DNA of 64,000 nucleotides from Clostridia bacterium (GTDB lineage Bacteria; Bacillota; Clostridia; Oscillospirales; CAG-272): NCBI GenBank assembly GCA_017416205.1, contig JAFQDC010000107.1, positions 11,345 to 75,344 of the forward strand, read 5' to 3'. Shown piece by piece: positions 54,606 to 64,000 of this stretch (position 1 is its first letter; each line of letters starts with the position of its first letter). The notes under the pieces were generated by a model. It saw only the letters and a program-made list of their open reading frames with translations, ran no database searches and was not told where the DNA came from. The position numbers and the translations under genes were made by a program.

Positions 54606-55658
54606 TCAATTCTCAAATGCAAATACTGTATTATGAGTATACAGTTCTCCGGGATTAAGTACAGTATCGGTAAATCCGGGATTGTTGATTGCATCAGGCA
54701 TTTTCTGAGTTTCAAAGCATACAGCACATCGATTCTTCTGAATTACTCCGCCTTTGAACGCAGGATCTTTTTCATTCATCATATTTGACGTATAAACTCC
54801 TACGCAAGGTTGGTCTGTATATACAGTCATCTTGATTCCGTTTACAGGAGCTGTAAGTGTACATCTCTTCGCAACAGCTCCATTATAATTATTGAAAATG
54901 AAGTTATTATCGTAGCCGCCGTTTTGCTTGTCCATATCAGGATCGCTGTCAAAATCACGTCCGATCGCCTTAGGTGTGGTAAAATCATAAGGTGTTCCCT
55001 TTACACTTACGATCTTTCCTGTGGGTATAATATCGAAATCCTGCTCGTTCATTGTATCAGCATCGATCCACATAACCTGATCGGCAATTGAAGCAGTCTC
55101 ATATCCTTCAAGATTGAAGTATGCGTGATTTGTGAGGTTGATAATTGTCGTTTTGTCGGTATATGCCTCATATGAAAGTTTCAAAGCGCCGCATTTTGTG
55201 AGTGTGTACGTTACCGTAACCACAACGGTACCGGGATAATTCTCTTCCAGATCGGGGCTTACGTATGTAAGAATAAGCTGAGGCTCGTCGCCATCTACTG
55301 TTTTAGCTCCCCATACTCTCTTATTGAAACCGATCTTTCCGCCATGTGCTGTGAAAGTGCCGCAATTGGGATAAAGATCATAAGTTTTGCCGTCAAGTGT
55401 GAATTTAGATTCACTGATACGGTTAGTAACACGTCCAATTATAGCCCCCTGATATCCTCCTGATGTAAGGTATCCGTCAATGCTGTCAAAGCCGCACACT
55501 ACATCGTAGGTCTTCCCTTCTTTGTTTTTTACCCAAAGATTGATGATGGTTCCGCCAAAGTTTGTGATACGTACAGAGGTTATAGAATCGTTCTTCAAAG
55601 TGTATGCGTAAACCTCGCTACCGCAAGGAGAAATGCCGAAAGGTTCTTTTATTATCAT
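54606..55658 (-). CDS. galM: aldose 1-epimerase (galactose mutarotase)
   Basis: 350 aa. NxxxGG..GF.K.W, LTNHAYFNL and C-terminal CFETQ motifs typical of GalM. Confidence 0.9.
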   Translation of the reverse strand: MIIKEPFGISPCGSEVYAYTLKNDSITSVRITNFGGTIINLWVKNKEGKTYDVVCGFDSIDGYLTSGGYQGAIIGRVTNRISESKFTLDGKTYDLYPNCGTFTAHGGKIGFNKRVWGAKTVDGDEPQLILTYVSPDLEENYPGTVVVTVTYTLTKCGALKLSYEAYTDKTTIINLTNHAYFNLEGYETASIADQVMWIDADTMNEQDFDIIPTGKIVSVKGTPYDFTTPKAIGRDFDSDPDMDKQNGGYDNNFIFNNYNGAVAKRCTLTAPVNGIKMTVYTDQPCVGVYTSNMMNEKDPAFKGGVIQKNRCAVCFETQKMPDAINNPGFTDTVLNPGELYTHNTVFAFEN

Positions 55659-55667
55659 AAATAACTC

Positions 55668-55901
55668 CTAATATTCAATAAACACAAAGATAAATAGAAG
55701 AATTGCCAAAACTACGAAATATAAGGTAAGATAAAATTTGAAATTCTTTTCTTTTTCTACGTATAGTGGTTTTGTCGATTGTCCCCATTTATTAAGTGCC
55801 AATTTTGCGTTTGATCTTATCAATTTTATACCGAAAAAATATATAATTACATATATGATTGCTAATATGGCAAAAAATGCAGATGCTATTAATATCTTCA
55901 T
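55668..55901 (-). CDS. small membrane protein
   Basis: 77 aa with two TM helices. Lies between galE and galM on the same strand. Confidence 0.4.
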   Translation of the reverse strand: MKILIASAFFAILAIIYVIIYFFGIKLIRSNAKLALNKWGQSTKPLYVEKEKNFKFYLTLYFVVLAILLFIFVFIEY

Positions 55902-55913
55902 AATAACAAAATC

Positions 55914-55941
55914 AAAACGGGCGAGGAATCGCCCGTTTTAT
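55914..55941. terminator. terminator downstream of galE (hairpin with A-run and T-run flanks)
   Basis: ACGGGCG aggaat CGCCCGT. Confidence 0.7.
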
Positions 55942-56961
55942 TTATTCTTCATCGGGGAATCCGTCGGGATTCTGTTCCTGCCAACGAGCAAGGTCGCAGC
56001 ACATCTCTTCGATACCGCGCTCTGCTTTCCAGCCAAGAACTGTGAGGGCCTTTTCGGGATTAGCATAGCACTCACCGATATCACCGGGACGACGGGGACC
56101 TATCTTATAATTAACAGTCTTACCGCTTGCCTGCTCATATGCCTTAACGACCTCAAGAACGGAGTAACCGTTACCTGTACCTACGTTAAAGTAGTCGATA
56201 CCTGTGTTGTTACCTGTCCAATCGAGTGCCTTAAGGTGTGCAAGAGCAAGGTCAACTACGTGGATATAATCACGTACACCTGTTCCATCGGGAGTATCGT
56301 AGTCATCACCGTGTACGCTGAGGCACTCAAGCTTTCCTGCAGCAACCTTAGATACGTAAGGAAGAAGGTTGTTGGGAATACCCTGAGGGTCCTCTCCGAT
56401 AAGGCCGGACTTATGTGCACCGATAGGATTGAAATATCTGAGGATCGCAACAGACATCCAGGGCTCAGCAACGCAAAGGTCGGCGAGGATTCTCTCGATC
56501 ATCAGCTTTGTTTCGCCATAGGGGTTAGTTGTGGAAAGGGGGAAATCCTCTGTGATCGGTACGGACTTAGGAAGACCGTATACTGTAGCTGAAGAAGAAA
56601 ATACGATCTTTGAAACCTTATACTTCTTCATAAGCTGACAAAGGTTAAGGGTGCTGAGAAGATTGTTCTTATAGTACTCAAGAGGCATTGAAACAGACTC
56701 ACCAACAGCCTTAAGACCCGCAAAATGGATAACGGATTCAATTTCGTTCTCTGCAAATACCTTCTCAGCAGCGTCAATATCACAAAGGTCTGCCTCATAG
56801 AACTTGGGGCGGATACCAGTGATCTTTTCAATTCTTCCGAGAACTGTTTTCTTGGAATTGGAAAGGTTATCAATAATCACTACTTCCTTGCCGATACCGA
56901 TAAGCTCAACAACGGTATGAGAACCGATAAAGCCGGTACCGCCGGTAATAAGTATAGCCAT
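55942..56961 (-). CDS. galE: UDP-glucose 4-epimerase
   Basis: 339 aa. MAILITGGTGFIGSHT, the YxxxK catalytic motif (YGETK) and typical GalE length. Confidence 0.95.
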   Translation of the reverse strand: MAILITGGTGFIGSHTVVELIGIGKEVVIIDNLSNSKKTVLGRIEKITGIRPKFYEADLCDIDAAEKVFAENEIESVIHFAGLKAVGESVSMPLEYYKNNLLSTLNLCQLMKKYKVSKIVFSSSATVYGLPKSVPITEDFPLSTTNPYGETKLMIERILADLCVAEPWMSVAILRYFNPIGAHKSGLIGEDPQGIPNNLLPYVSKVAAGKLECLSVHGDDYDTPDGTGVRDYIHVVDLALAHLKALDWTGNNTGIDYFNVGTGNGYSVLEVVKAYEQASGKTVNYKIGPRRPGDIGECYANPEKALTVLGWKAERGIEEMCCDLARWQEQNPDGFPDEE

Positions 56962-56979
56962 TTCAGTTACCTCCGATTA

Positions 56980-57885
56980 TTACTTCCAGAGACCCTTGGG
57001 GTATACGCCGGTCTCGATATATTCATTGATCTTTGCAACTACTGCAGGTTTATCTTCAGAGTATGTTACACCGTGCCAAACAGCAGTTGTGGGAATAACC
57101 TCAACTGTGCAGTAGCCCTGCTGCTTGAGCTGGCCAACAACGTTAGGAAGGAAGCACTCAGACTTGAGAGGCTCACGGTCGGGATCATCAAGGAATTTCT
57201 TGAATTCAGCCTTTGCTCCCTCGAAAATGGAGGAAGTAAAGCACCAGAAGTTCATAGATACTACAGTTTCGGGAGGAACTGTAACAAGAGCGCCGTTTTC
57301 ATCCTCAAACTGTCCACCCTCAGCTACCTTATAGATCTTTGTTCTTTCAACAATCTCCTTGAGATAACCGTCTTCAGTTACGCAAACACCGCGTGCTACG
57401 CTACCGCTATCTGAAAGTGTGTTACCGAGATGATAACCGATCATTGCATACATATTTTCCTCTGCCTTTTCAGCCTTACGGATGAACTCAGCAGCCTTCA
57501 TATAACCGTCTCTGCCGTAGAAGTCATCAGCATTGATAACAGCAAAGCTATCGCCGCGAAGAACCTCTTCAGCGCAAAGGATAGCCTGTGTAGTTCCCCA
57601 GGGCTTTACGCGCTCAGCGGGAAGCTTATCTGCGGGAACAAGGTAATCCATTGTCTGGAATGCGTATTCAACCTTGATCTTCCCTTCAAGACGAGCACCG
57701 ATGGTCTCTCTGAAATCATCATAATTTGCTTCCTTGATTATGAATACTACGCGGTCAAAGCCTGCCTGAATAGCATCATAAACGGAAAAGTCTATAATAA
57801 ATTCGCCGTCCTCTGTAAAGGGATCGATCTGCTTAAGTCCGCCGTAACGGGAACCCATGCCTGCTGCAAGTACAAGTAATGTCAT
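56980..57885 (-). CDS. sugar-phosphate nucleotidyltransferase-family protein
   Basis: MTLLVLAAGMGSRYGGLKQ N-terminus (GxGxR signature). The ATG follows GGAGA. Specificity unknown. Confidence 0.7.
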   Translation of the reverse strand: MTLLVLAAGMGSRYGGLKQIDPFTEDGEFIIDFSVYDAIQAGFDRVVFIIKEANYDDFRETIGARLEGKIKVEYAFQTMDYLVPADKLPAERVKPWGTTQAILCAEEVLRGDSFAVINADDFYGRDGYMKAAEFIRKAEKAEENMYAMIGYHLGNTLSDSGSVARGVCVTEDGYLKEIVERTKIYKVAEGGQFEDENGALVTVPPETVVSMNFWCFTSSIFEGAKAEFKKFLDDPDREPLKSECFLPNVVGQLKQQGYCTVEVIPTTAVWHGVTYSEDKPAVVAKINEYIETGVYPKGLWK

Positions 57886-58007
57886 TTTTATCTCCATTCT
57901 GCCGCAGATGCGGCTATGTGTAAAATATACTGAAATTATTTTATTACATATTCAATGTAATTTCAAATGATTTTTGTCTTATTTACAATATGTTCACATT
58001 TAAACAG

Positions 58008-58373
58008 TTATTCATCAATAGTATACCTTTCAAGCTTCAAAATTGCGGTATCGCTTGTAAGTACAAGTACCCCGTTTTCAAAATAATATTGAAGCTTCAT
58101 CGGTTCTCTTCCCTGTTCAAATTCAAACTTTATGCTGTTCCCTGAAATCTTAAACTTTCCGGAATTATTGGTTTCCACAGCATCGTTTTCAATATCATAT
58201 ACTGCCCATATGAATACGTCCTCGCCATTTTCGTTTTCAGAAAACTGTATTGCATTACGTGTACCGTTATAATCATTATACCAGGTACCGTAAAGATCAG
58301 TTGGAGTATTGCACGAAGCCAATATCAACAAACAGGCGAAAAACAGTAACATGGATATCGCTCTTTTCATCAT
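58008..58373 (-). CDS. lipoprotein, function unknown
   Basis: 121 aa with signal peptide and lipobox (ILASC). Its start overlaps the stop of the SDR gene. Confidence 0.5.
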   Translation of the reverse strand: MMKRAISMLLFFACLLILASCNTPTDLYGTWYNDYNGTRNAIQFSENENGEDVFIWAVYDIENDAVETNNSGKFKISGNSIKFEFEQGREPMKLQYYFENGVLVLTSDTAILKLERYTIDE

Positions 58374-59416
58374 TAATTGAGCATTGTCTGGCCGCCTGTT
58401 ACGGGGATAGCCTGACCTGTTTCATACTTCTGTTCAACGATATAGCAAATAGCTCGTGTAACGTCCTCTACACGGCATCCTCTTCCAAGAGGAACCTTTG
58501 ATTCATAGAACGCGCGAACGTCTGCAATTGTTTTTGCGCCGGGAACCTTGCCTGCATTAAGGTACTGAACGAAAAGGCCTTTTTCAGGATCAGACCACAG
58601 AGGACCGTCAAGAAAGTTTCCGGGACAAATTGCGTTAACCTTAATACCGAAGGGTGCAAGCTCAAGGGCAAAGGACTGTGTAAGACCGATACCTCCGAAC
58701 TTTGCGCCTGCGTATGCAAAGTTTTTATTACTTCCCTCAAGGCCGGACTTGGAGTTTATCTCGATTACGTCAGCCATATATTCGGGAGAAACCTCACGCT
58801 GAAGCTTCATGGGCTGCACTGCGTATTTTGTACAAATAAAGAATGCTGTGTAGTCAACGCTTGTGACAAGCTCAAAATTCTGCTTTGTCATCTCCTCAAG
58901 ACTGCCTGCGCGAACGATTCCTGCATTGTTAACAAAGATATCAAGACCGCCAAATGCACAAACAGTTTCATCAACCATTTTCTTTACAGACTCCTCATCT
59001 GTAACGTTTGCTCCTACAGCAATAGCCTCGATTCCGTATTTTTCGGAAATTTCCTTAGCCTTTGCCATAGCTCCGTCAGCATTCATATCTGCAACACAGA
59101 CCTTGCATCCGTTCTCAGCAAGATACTCGGCAATACCGGCACCAAATCCTTGAGCACTACCTGTTACGATAGCGATCTTACCGGAGAAAGCAGACGTAGG
59201 ATCAACAGAATAAACATTGAAAGTGCCGATACCATCAACATATATTTCAGCATCGCCGCCCTGATAAACGTCGAAAACGCTATCAACAGTCGCCGTAAGA
59301 GCAGCGGTAGTTTTATCAAAATCAACCTTAACACCTGCAAAACCATCGGAAGAACACATCATTCTAAGCTTTGGAGCGATAGCTGCAGCAATACTCTTCT
59401 TTTCAAAAAGTTCCAT
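58373..59416 (-). CDS. SDR-family oxidoreductase with an N-terminal extension of about 90 aa
   Basis: TGSAQGFG glycine motif at about residue 100, NNAG, and YAGAKFG (YxxxK). The ATG follows AAGAGG. Confidence 0.8.
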   Translation of the reverse strand: MELFEKKSIAAAIAPKLRMMCSSDGFAGVKVDFDKTTAALTATVDSVFDVYQGGDAEIYVDGIGTFNVYSVDPTSAFSGKIAIVTGSAQGFGAGIAEYLAENGCKVCVADMNADGAMAKAKEISEKYGIEAIAVGANVTDEESVKKMVDETVCAFGGLDIFVNNAGIVRAGSLEEMTKQNFELVTSVDYTAFFICTKYAVQPMKLQREVSPEYMADVIEINSKSGLEGSNKNFAYAGAKFGGIGLTQSFALELAPFGIKVNAICPGNFLDGPLWSDPEKGLFVQYLNAGKVPGAKTIADVRAFYESKVPLGRGCRVEDVTRAICYIVEQKYETGQAIPVTGGQTMLN

Positions 59417-59430
59417 AACTGACCTCTTTC

Positions 59431-60681
59431 TCAAATACTTTTTCCTATATTTTCAAAATATTTTATTCTTTCACTAAGGGTGGGCATCGCTTTTATGGTT
59501 TTTTCGCTGAACATTCCGTCTTCAATATTTGCAGTTGCCGCCTTTTCATGTCCGATAAGCGCCCACGTAGCACTGTAAAGATGGGTATAAGGCTCCATAG
59601 CAGGACATACAAAGGACTGACGGGGAGAATTTATATCCTCTCCGCTGATCTGGAAAAATCCGTGCTTTTCACAAAGTGACATAACTCTTTCGAGCTGTTC
59701 TTTTGTGTTTCTTGAAGGCATATATGTAACAGCGTCAAATCCGATATCGTGTAGAGTTTCGAAAAGCAGCTCTATATAGCTGTCTTCAAACTTCTGAGCA
59801 GCCTTATCGCCTGTAGGGCTTTCGCCAACATCACCGAGATAAGCGTATGCTGCAATTCCCCCTACTCTTTTAGCAAGAGCGCAGAAATCTTTAATATGCA
59901 TAAGCTCTTCGTCAGCCTCAACATAGATCTTAGACACAAGAGAGCTTTTAAGAACTCCGAGAATATCGTAGAGATAATACTCGTCGGGCGCAGTCAAAAG
60001 CTTGTCCCGTACCTTATCGGCAATTCCGCCGCAAAGACTGTCGATCAAATTGATAGCTTCTTCCCTGCTCTTGTCGCCGGCGATCTTCAGCGTAAGTCCG
60101 TAAAGCACGTGACGCTCTGTAACGCTTCCGCCTTCTGCATCCTTTGACAAAGTAAGAACATCCTTATCAAAATCAACGTTGATACCGAAGGGATTTACAA
60201 GCTCATTGATCTTATCACACATCTTGCGGTTTCTTTCATTTCTCTTCTCACGAAGAGGGGCAAGCACCTTTTCACACTCGCCGATCATTGTATGAGGAAT
60301 ACCGTGAAGTGTAACGTATGCTACGGAAATCTGATCTGGATTGTTAAGTCGCTTTCCTTCAAGAGGAGTACCCTTAACGCTGGTCCTGCACTCAAATCCA
60401 ACAGTGACGGGCATGTCGATGATCTCGCCGGCCTTTATAAATTCATCGATACCACCAACGCTATCATGATCCATTATTCCTGCTGTTGAGAGACCTGCCT
60501 TGCGAGCATAATATACAGCCCCTGCAGGTGTATAGGGCGAAAATGAAAAAGTGGTGTGTATATGGTTATTTACCCAGTTTCCTCCGCAATCGGAAGGATC
60601 CCCCAGCGCTTTCAGTGCAGAAAGCCTTTCTTCCGGTGTTTTGTGGGGGCACATCAAGGTGTTTATATATTCGTTTACCAT
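59431..60681 (-). CDS. PHP-domain metal-dependent phosphoesterase-like protein
   Basis: NNHIHTTFSFS...GIMDHDSVGG PHP motifs. The start is ambiguous (60681, 60699 or 60717). Confidence 0.7.
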   Translation of the reverse strand: MVNEYINTLMCPHKTPEERLSALKALGDPSDCGGNWVNNHIHTTFSFSPYTPAGAVYYARKAGLSTAGIMDHDSVGGIDEFIKAGEIIDMPVTVGFECRTSVKGTPLEGKRLNNPDQISVAYVTLHGIPHTMIGECEKVLAPLREKRNERNRKMCDKINELVNPFGINVDFDKDVLTLSKDAEGGSVTERHVLYGLTLKIAGDKSREEAINLIDSLCGGIADKVRDKLLTAPDEYYLYDILGVLKSSLVSKIYVEADEELMHIKDFCALAKRVGGIAAYAYLGDVGESPTGDKAAQKFEDSYIELLFETLHDIGFDAVTYMPSRNTKEQLERVMSLCEKHGFFQISGEDINSPRQSFVCPAMEPYTHLYSATWALIGHEKAATANIEDGMFSEKTIKAMPTLSERIKYFENIGKSI

Positions 60682-60688
60682 ACAATGC

Positions 60689-61849
60689 CTACCTTTCATA
60701 TGACAGTAAGGGTGCATCCTTGCCTGTCAAAAATTTATAAGCTGATTTATATTCATCGGCTTTTTTTGTTCCGTATGACAGCTTATTGCTTTTATGTGCT
60801 CTGATCAGCACGTTTTTTGGTGTATCGTCAGGATCTATAAGCTCTACAGCATCTGCGTTATAGCCTTCTGCCTCAAGCCTGAGAACGCGCAATGAGTCTG
60901 TAAGCGCATCGCACATCTTTGATTTGAGTATTGAATTAGAATTAACAAATTTCAGCGGCTCACAATCAAGCTCTCGACTGAGCTGTCTGTGACAGCAAGG
61001 TGTAGAAAGTATGACCTTTGCACCCAGGGCGCAAGCTCGTTCAAGAACTATATCTGTTGCAACGTCACACGCGTGAAGGCTTATAACAAGATGTGGGTTC
61101 TCGGCGGGCTCATACTTTGTAACGTCGCCTGATGTGAAATGCATCCCCTCAAAACCGCATTGAACCGCAATGTCTGCACAATAATTCATTACGCTTTCCT
61201 TAAGATCCATACAGTCCATCAGTACCTCTCGGTTAAGCACCCTTGTGAGGTAATAATAAACTGCAAAGCTGAGATAGCTCTTTCCGCAGCAAAGATCTGC
61301 CACTCTGATTACGCCCTCACGAGGAAGAAACTTCATCATATCTCCAACGTATTCAAGAAAACGGTTTATCTGGCGATACTTTGACTGCTTTTTATCGTGT
61401 ATCCGCCCCGATTTATCGGATATACCAAGATGAAACAGAAATTCTTCTTTACCGTTAAGGATATAATTCTTAACTTTGTCACCGGTAACTGTTACTGCTT
61501 CACCTTTACCGATATTTCCGTGCTTAATAAGGGTTATTTTTCCCTTCTTTGAGCGCATAAGCGAGGCAGTACCGCCGTTGTCGTTAAGATCACAGCGTGA
61601 AAAATCACATATCAGCTTCTCAACTGCGTTGGCAGTATCAGATATTTCGACACTTTCCTGACGAACTCGCCCCTCTGTACAGAAATACTCAAGCTGAAGG
61701 ATCTCTTTATCGGAGAACTTCTTTAAAGTACCCTTGATCTTTTGTATCTCTTTGTTGGATGAAGATGAAAGAACAAAGTTTTTCAGAGTCTTATTCTTCG
61801 CAGAAAGCGCGCAAAGGACAGTAAATTCCTTTTGCTTTTCGTCTGTCAT
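60689..61849 (-). CDS. SAM-dependent methyltransferase-domain protein
   Basis: 386 aa. Motif I-like VADLCCGKSYLSF and a later VISLHACD. N-terminal domain unknown. Confidence 0.65.
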   Translation of the reverse strand: MTDEKQKEFTVLCALSAKNKTLKNFVLSSSSNKEIQKIKGTLKKFSDKEILQLEYFCTEGRVRQESVEISDTANAVEKLICDFSRCDLNDNGGTASLMRSKKGKITLIKHGNIGKGEAVTVTGDKVKNYILNGKEEFLFHLGISDKSGRIHDKKQSKYRQINRFLEYVGDMMKFLPREGVIRVADLCCGKSYLSFAVYYYLTRVLNREVLMDCMDLKESVMNYCADIAVQCGFEGMHFTSGDVTKYEPAENPHLVISLHACDVATDIVLERACALGAKVILSTPCCHRQLSRELDCEPLKFVNSNSILKSKMCDALTDSLRVLRLEAEGYNADAVELIDPDDTPKNVLIRAHKSNKLSYGTKKADEYKSAYKFLTGKDAPLLSYER

Positions 61850-62550
61850 TTGCTTTCGCCGCCTTTTTTATTCTTTTTCTTGAAAAGACTGATCTTATTC
61901 TCCTGTCCTTTAAAGAGGCGAACAATATTTGTTCTGTGCTGGAAAACAACAAACAATGCAGCAACTACTGCGTATATTTCAATAGACTGGTAAGGGTTAT
62001 CCTCAAAAATATGAATGATACGGTTGAGAATAATGGGATATAGCAATGAACAAACTACGGAACCGAGAGAAACAAATTTTGTTCCGATCACGATTATTAC
62101 AAACATTGCAAACAGAAGAACGAACACGTACCATATGCCCATTTTAATAGATGTCATAAGAACAAGGATAGCAAAGCAAGCAACGCCCTTACCGCCCTTA
62201 AACTTGAAGAAAACGGGATATGTATGGCCGATCATGCAGAAAAGACCGGCAATGAACATTCCTCGCTCGAGGAACAAAAGAAGTCCGAGTGAAATTGCAA
62301 GGGCAGTTTTAGCGCAGTCACCGAGAAAGGTGAAAATGGCAGCCTTTTTTCCGTAAGTACGGAGCATATTGGTGCTGCCTGCATTTCCGCTTCCCGAAGA
62401 GCGGACATCCTCTTTATAAAGGAGCTTTGAAAATATAATTCCAAAGTTAAGGCTTCCGAGAAGATAGGAAACTATAACGGTTAGTGCGATACTGATAATA
62501 AGAGCAAAAGTATTATTAACTCCTGCATCACAAAGAGCTGCAAAGATCAT
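61846..62550 (-). CDS. plsY: glycerol-3-phosphate acyltransferase PlsY
   Basis: 234 aa. GSGNAGSTN and FKGGKG motifs, polytopic. Extra basic C-terminal tail. Confidence 0.9.
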   Translation of the reverse strand: MIFAALCDAGVNNTFALIISIALTVIVSYLLGSLNFGIIFSKLLYKEDVRSSGSGNAGSTNMLRTYGKKAAIFTFLGDCAKTALAISLGLLLFLERGMFIAGLFCMIGHTYPVFFKFKGGKGVACFAILVLMTSIKMGIWYVFVLLFAMFVIIVIGTKFVSLGSVVCSLLYPIILNRIIHIFEDNPYQSIEIYAVVAALFVVFQHRTNIVRLFKGQENKISLFKKKNKKGGESK

Positions 62551-63881
62551 TAGTCCTCATTATCTCCCTTCTGACGAATGATAAGTCTTATAGGGGTTCC
62601 CTTAAATCCAAATGTCTGTCTGAGACAGTTTTCAATATATCTCTGATATGAGAAATGGAAAAGCTCGGCGCTGTTACAGAATATAACAAATGTGGGAGGA
62701 GCAACAGATATCTGCGTCATATAGTAGATCTTAAGTCTCTTGCCCTTATCTGAAGGAGGCTGAACTCTTGTTGTAGCATCCGCAAGAACGTCATTGAGCA
62801 TACCTGTGGAAATACGGGTATTAGTCTGATTATGAACGTAGTTGATAAACTCAAAAAGCTTATGAACTCTCTGTCCTGTCTGAGCAGAAATAAAGAGAAG
62901 AGGCGCATATGTCATATAAGAAAGCGCATCATAAACGTCCTTTGTATAGCTGTTAACTGTGTTATTATCTTTTTCAATAGAATCCCACTTGTTAACACAA
63001 ATAATAACAGCCTTACCCGCTTCGTGTGCAATACCCGCTATTTTCTCATCCTGCTCTGTAACTCCCTCGTTTGCATCAATTACAAGGAGGCATACCTGGG
63101 CTCTTTCAACAGCCATCTTAGCTCTGAGAACGCTGAACTTCTCTACTCTGTCCTCAACCCTTGACTGACGGCGGATACCTGCAGTATCTATAAAGTTATA
63201 CTTACCGTGCTCATTTTCAAAATAGGTGTCGATAGCATCTCTGGTTGTTCCTGCAATATTTGAAACGATAAGTCTGTCATCACCGAGTATTTTATTGATG
63301 AGTGAAGACTTGCCCGCATTAGGCTTTCCGATAACAGCAACGCTGATTACCTCGTTATCCTCTTCCTCGGTTTCAAATTCAGGAAGTGCGGCGATACAAG
63401 CATCAAGAAGATCACCGCTTCCGCTACCGTGTATGGAGGATACAGGAATAATATCGTTTTCAAAGCCAAGCTGATAGAATTCGTAGAACTCAAGAGGCAC
63501 GTCGCCAACCTTATCAACTTTGTTGATAACGGGAATAACGGGCTTACCGGATTTTTTGAGCATTACCGCAATATCAAGGTCGTCTGCAACAAGACCTGTT
63601 TTAACGTCACACATAAATATGATAACGTCAGCGGTATCTATTGCTATCTGCGCCTGCTCGCGCATCTTTTTCAAGATAATATCGTCAGTTTTTGGCTCGA
63701 TACCTCCGGTATCGATAACTATCATTGTCTTTCCGCGCCATTCTGTTTCACCGTAGATACGGTCTCTTGTTACACCGGGAGTGTCCTCGATGATGGCACG
63801 GCGCTCACCGATAAGTTTATTAAACAACGTGGATTTACCAACGTTAGGTCTGCCAACAATGGCAATTACAGGTTTTGACAT
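62550..63881 (-). CDS. der: ribosome-associated GTPase Der (EngA)
   Basis: 443 aa. Two tandem G domains (GRPNVGKST and GKPNAGKSS) and a KH-like C-terminus. Confidence 0.95.
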   Translation of the reverse strand: MSKPVIAIVGRPNVGKSTLFNKLIGERRAIIEDTPGVTRDRIYGETEWRGKTMIVIDTGGIEPKTDDIILKKMREQAQIAIDTADVIIFMCDVKTGLVADDLDIAVMLKKSGKPVIPVINKVDKVGDVPLEFYEFYQLGFENDIIPVSSIHGSGSGDLLDACIAALPEFETEEEDNEVISVAVIGKPNAGKSSLINKILGDDRLIVSNIAGTTRDAIDTYFENEHGKYNFIDTAGIRRQSRVEDRVEKFSVLRAKMAVERAQVCLLVIDANEGVTEQDEKIAGIAHEAGKAVIICVNKWDSIEKDNNTVNSYTKDVYDALSYMTYAPLLFISAQTGQRVHKLFEFINYVHNQTNTRISTGMLNDVLADATTRVQPPSDKGKRLKIYYMTQISVAPPTFVIFCNSAELFHFSYQRYIENCLRQTFGFKGTPIRLIIRQKGDNED

Positions 63882-63907
63882 TATAATCTCTCCTTATCTG
63901 TAATTAC

Positions 63908-64000
63908 TTAAAAGTCGATACCGACAAGACTGTAAAGGAAATCGCCGCCGTCATTATCGGTGAATTCTATCTTTGTATTAAGCTTTTCCGAAAGCTCTTC
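63908..64000 (-). CDS. 3' end of a CDS truncated by the window edge
   Basis: The reading frame is open to the window edge on the minus strand and ends ...FLYSLVGIDF*. Identity not determinable. Confidence 0.4.
   Translation of the reverse strand, partial: EELSEKLNTKIEFTDNDGGDFLYSLVGIDF

Noticed and set aside
55738-57414. Plus-strand ORFs of 284 aa and 229 aa opposite galE and the nucleotidyltransferase gene.
   Set aside because: They are antisense to genes with textbook motifs (GalE TGGTGFIGSH), and their composition is atypical.
1-64000. CRISPR arrays, rRNA genes, tRNA genes, and IS elements or transposases.
   Set aside because: I saw no regularly spaced direct repeats, no rRNA- or tRNA-like conserved blocks, and no transposase- or integrase-like ORFs on either strand.

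Overview
The window looks like a chromosomal segment from an endospore-forming Firmicute of the Clostridia type. The exact taxon cannot be assigned without a database search. About 58 kb is ordinary, densely packed core genome. It carries housekeeping genes (nadK-argR-recN, tyrS, murB-whiA, dnaE, a class A PBP, ackA, lexA, GTP-PEPCK, ylxM-ffh-rpsP-KH, coaX, galM/galE, plsY-der). It carries sporulation genes (spoIVA, dpaAB, spoIIID, a GerA/SpoVAF-family protein). It also carries several sugar-utilisation blocks: xylAB, a nine-gene aminosugar-like operon with tandem NagB-like paralogues, and a DUF4838/TIM-barrel pair next to a glycyl-radical enzyme with no adjacent activase. The clear accessory element lies at 49656-54562. 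It is a 4,879-bp, AT-rich, integrase-less block flanked by 28-nt direct repeats (27/28 identical) and inserted between the coaX promoter and the 3' end of galM. Its gene order is rolling-circle HUH Rep, a ~100-aa protein, a 62-aa coat-like protein followed by a terminator, a Zot/pI-like P-loop ATPase, several micro membrane ORFs, an anchored secreted protein, a polytopic membrane protein, and a divergent XRE repressor with two palindromic operators. This is the architecture of a filamentous (inovirus-type) prophage in a Gram-positive host. Within it I flag four things: a canonical A_AAA_AAG -1 frameshift heptamer that would fuse the ATPase to a transmembrane ORF, an att core with an 11-6-11 layout, a repressor-controlled promoter that faces outward across attR, and a GC-rich non-coding block that may be the origin or packaging signal. 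I found no rRNA, tRNA or CRISPR array. All functional calls rest on motif recognition by eye and on gene context, not on database searches.
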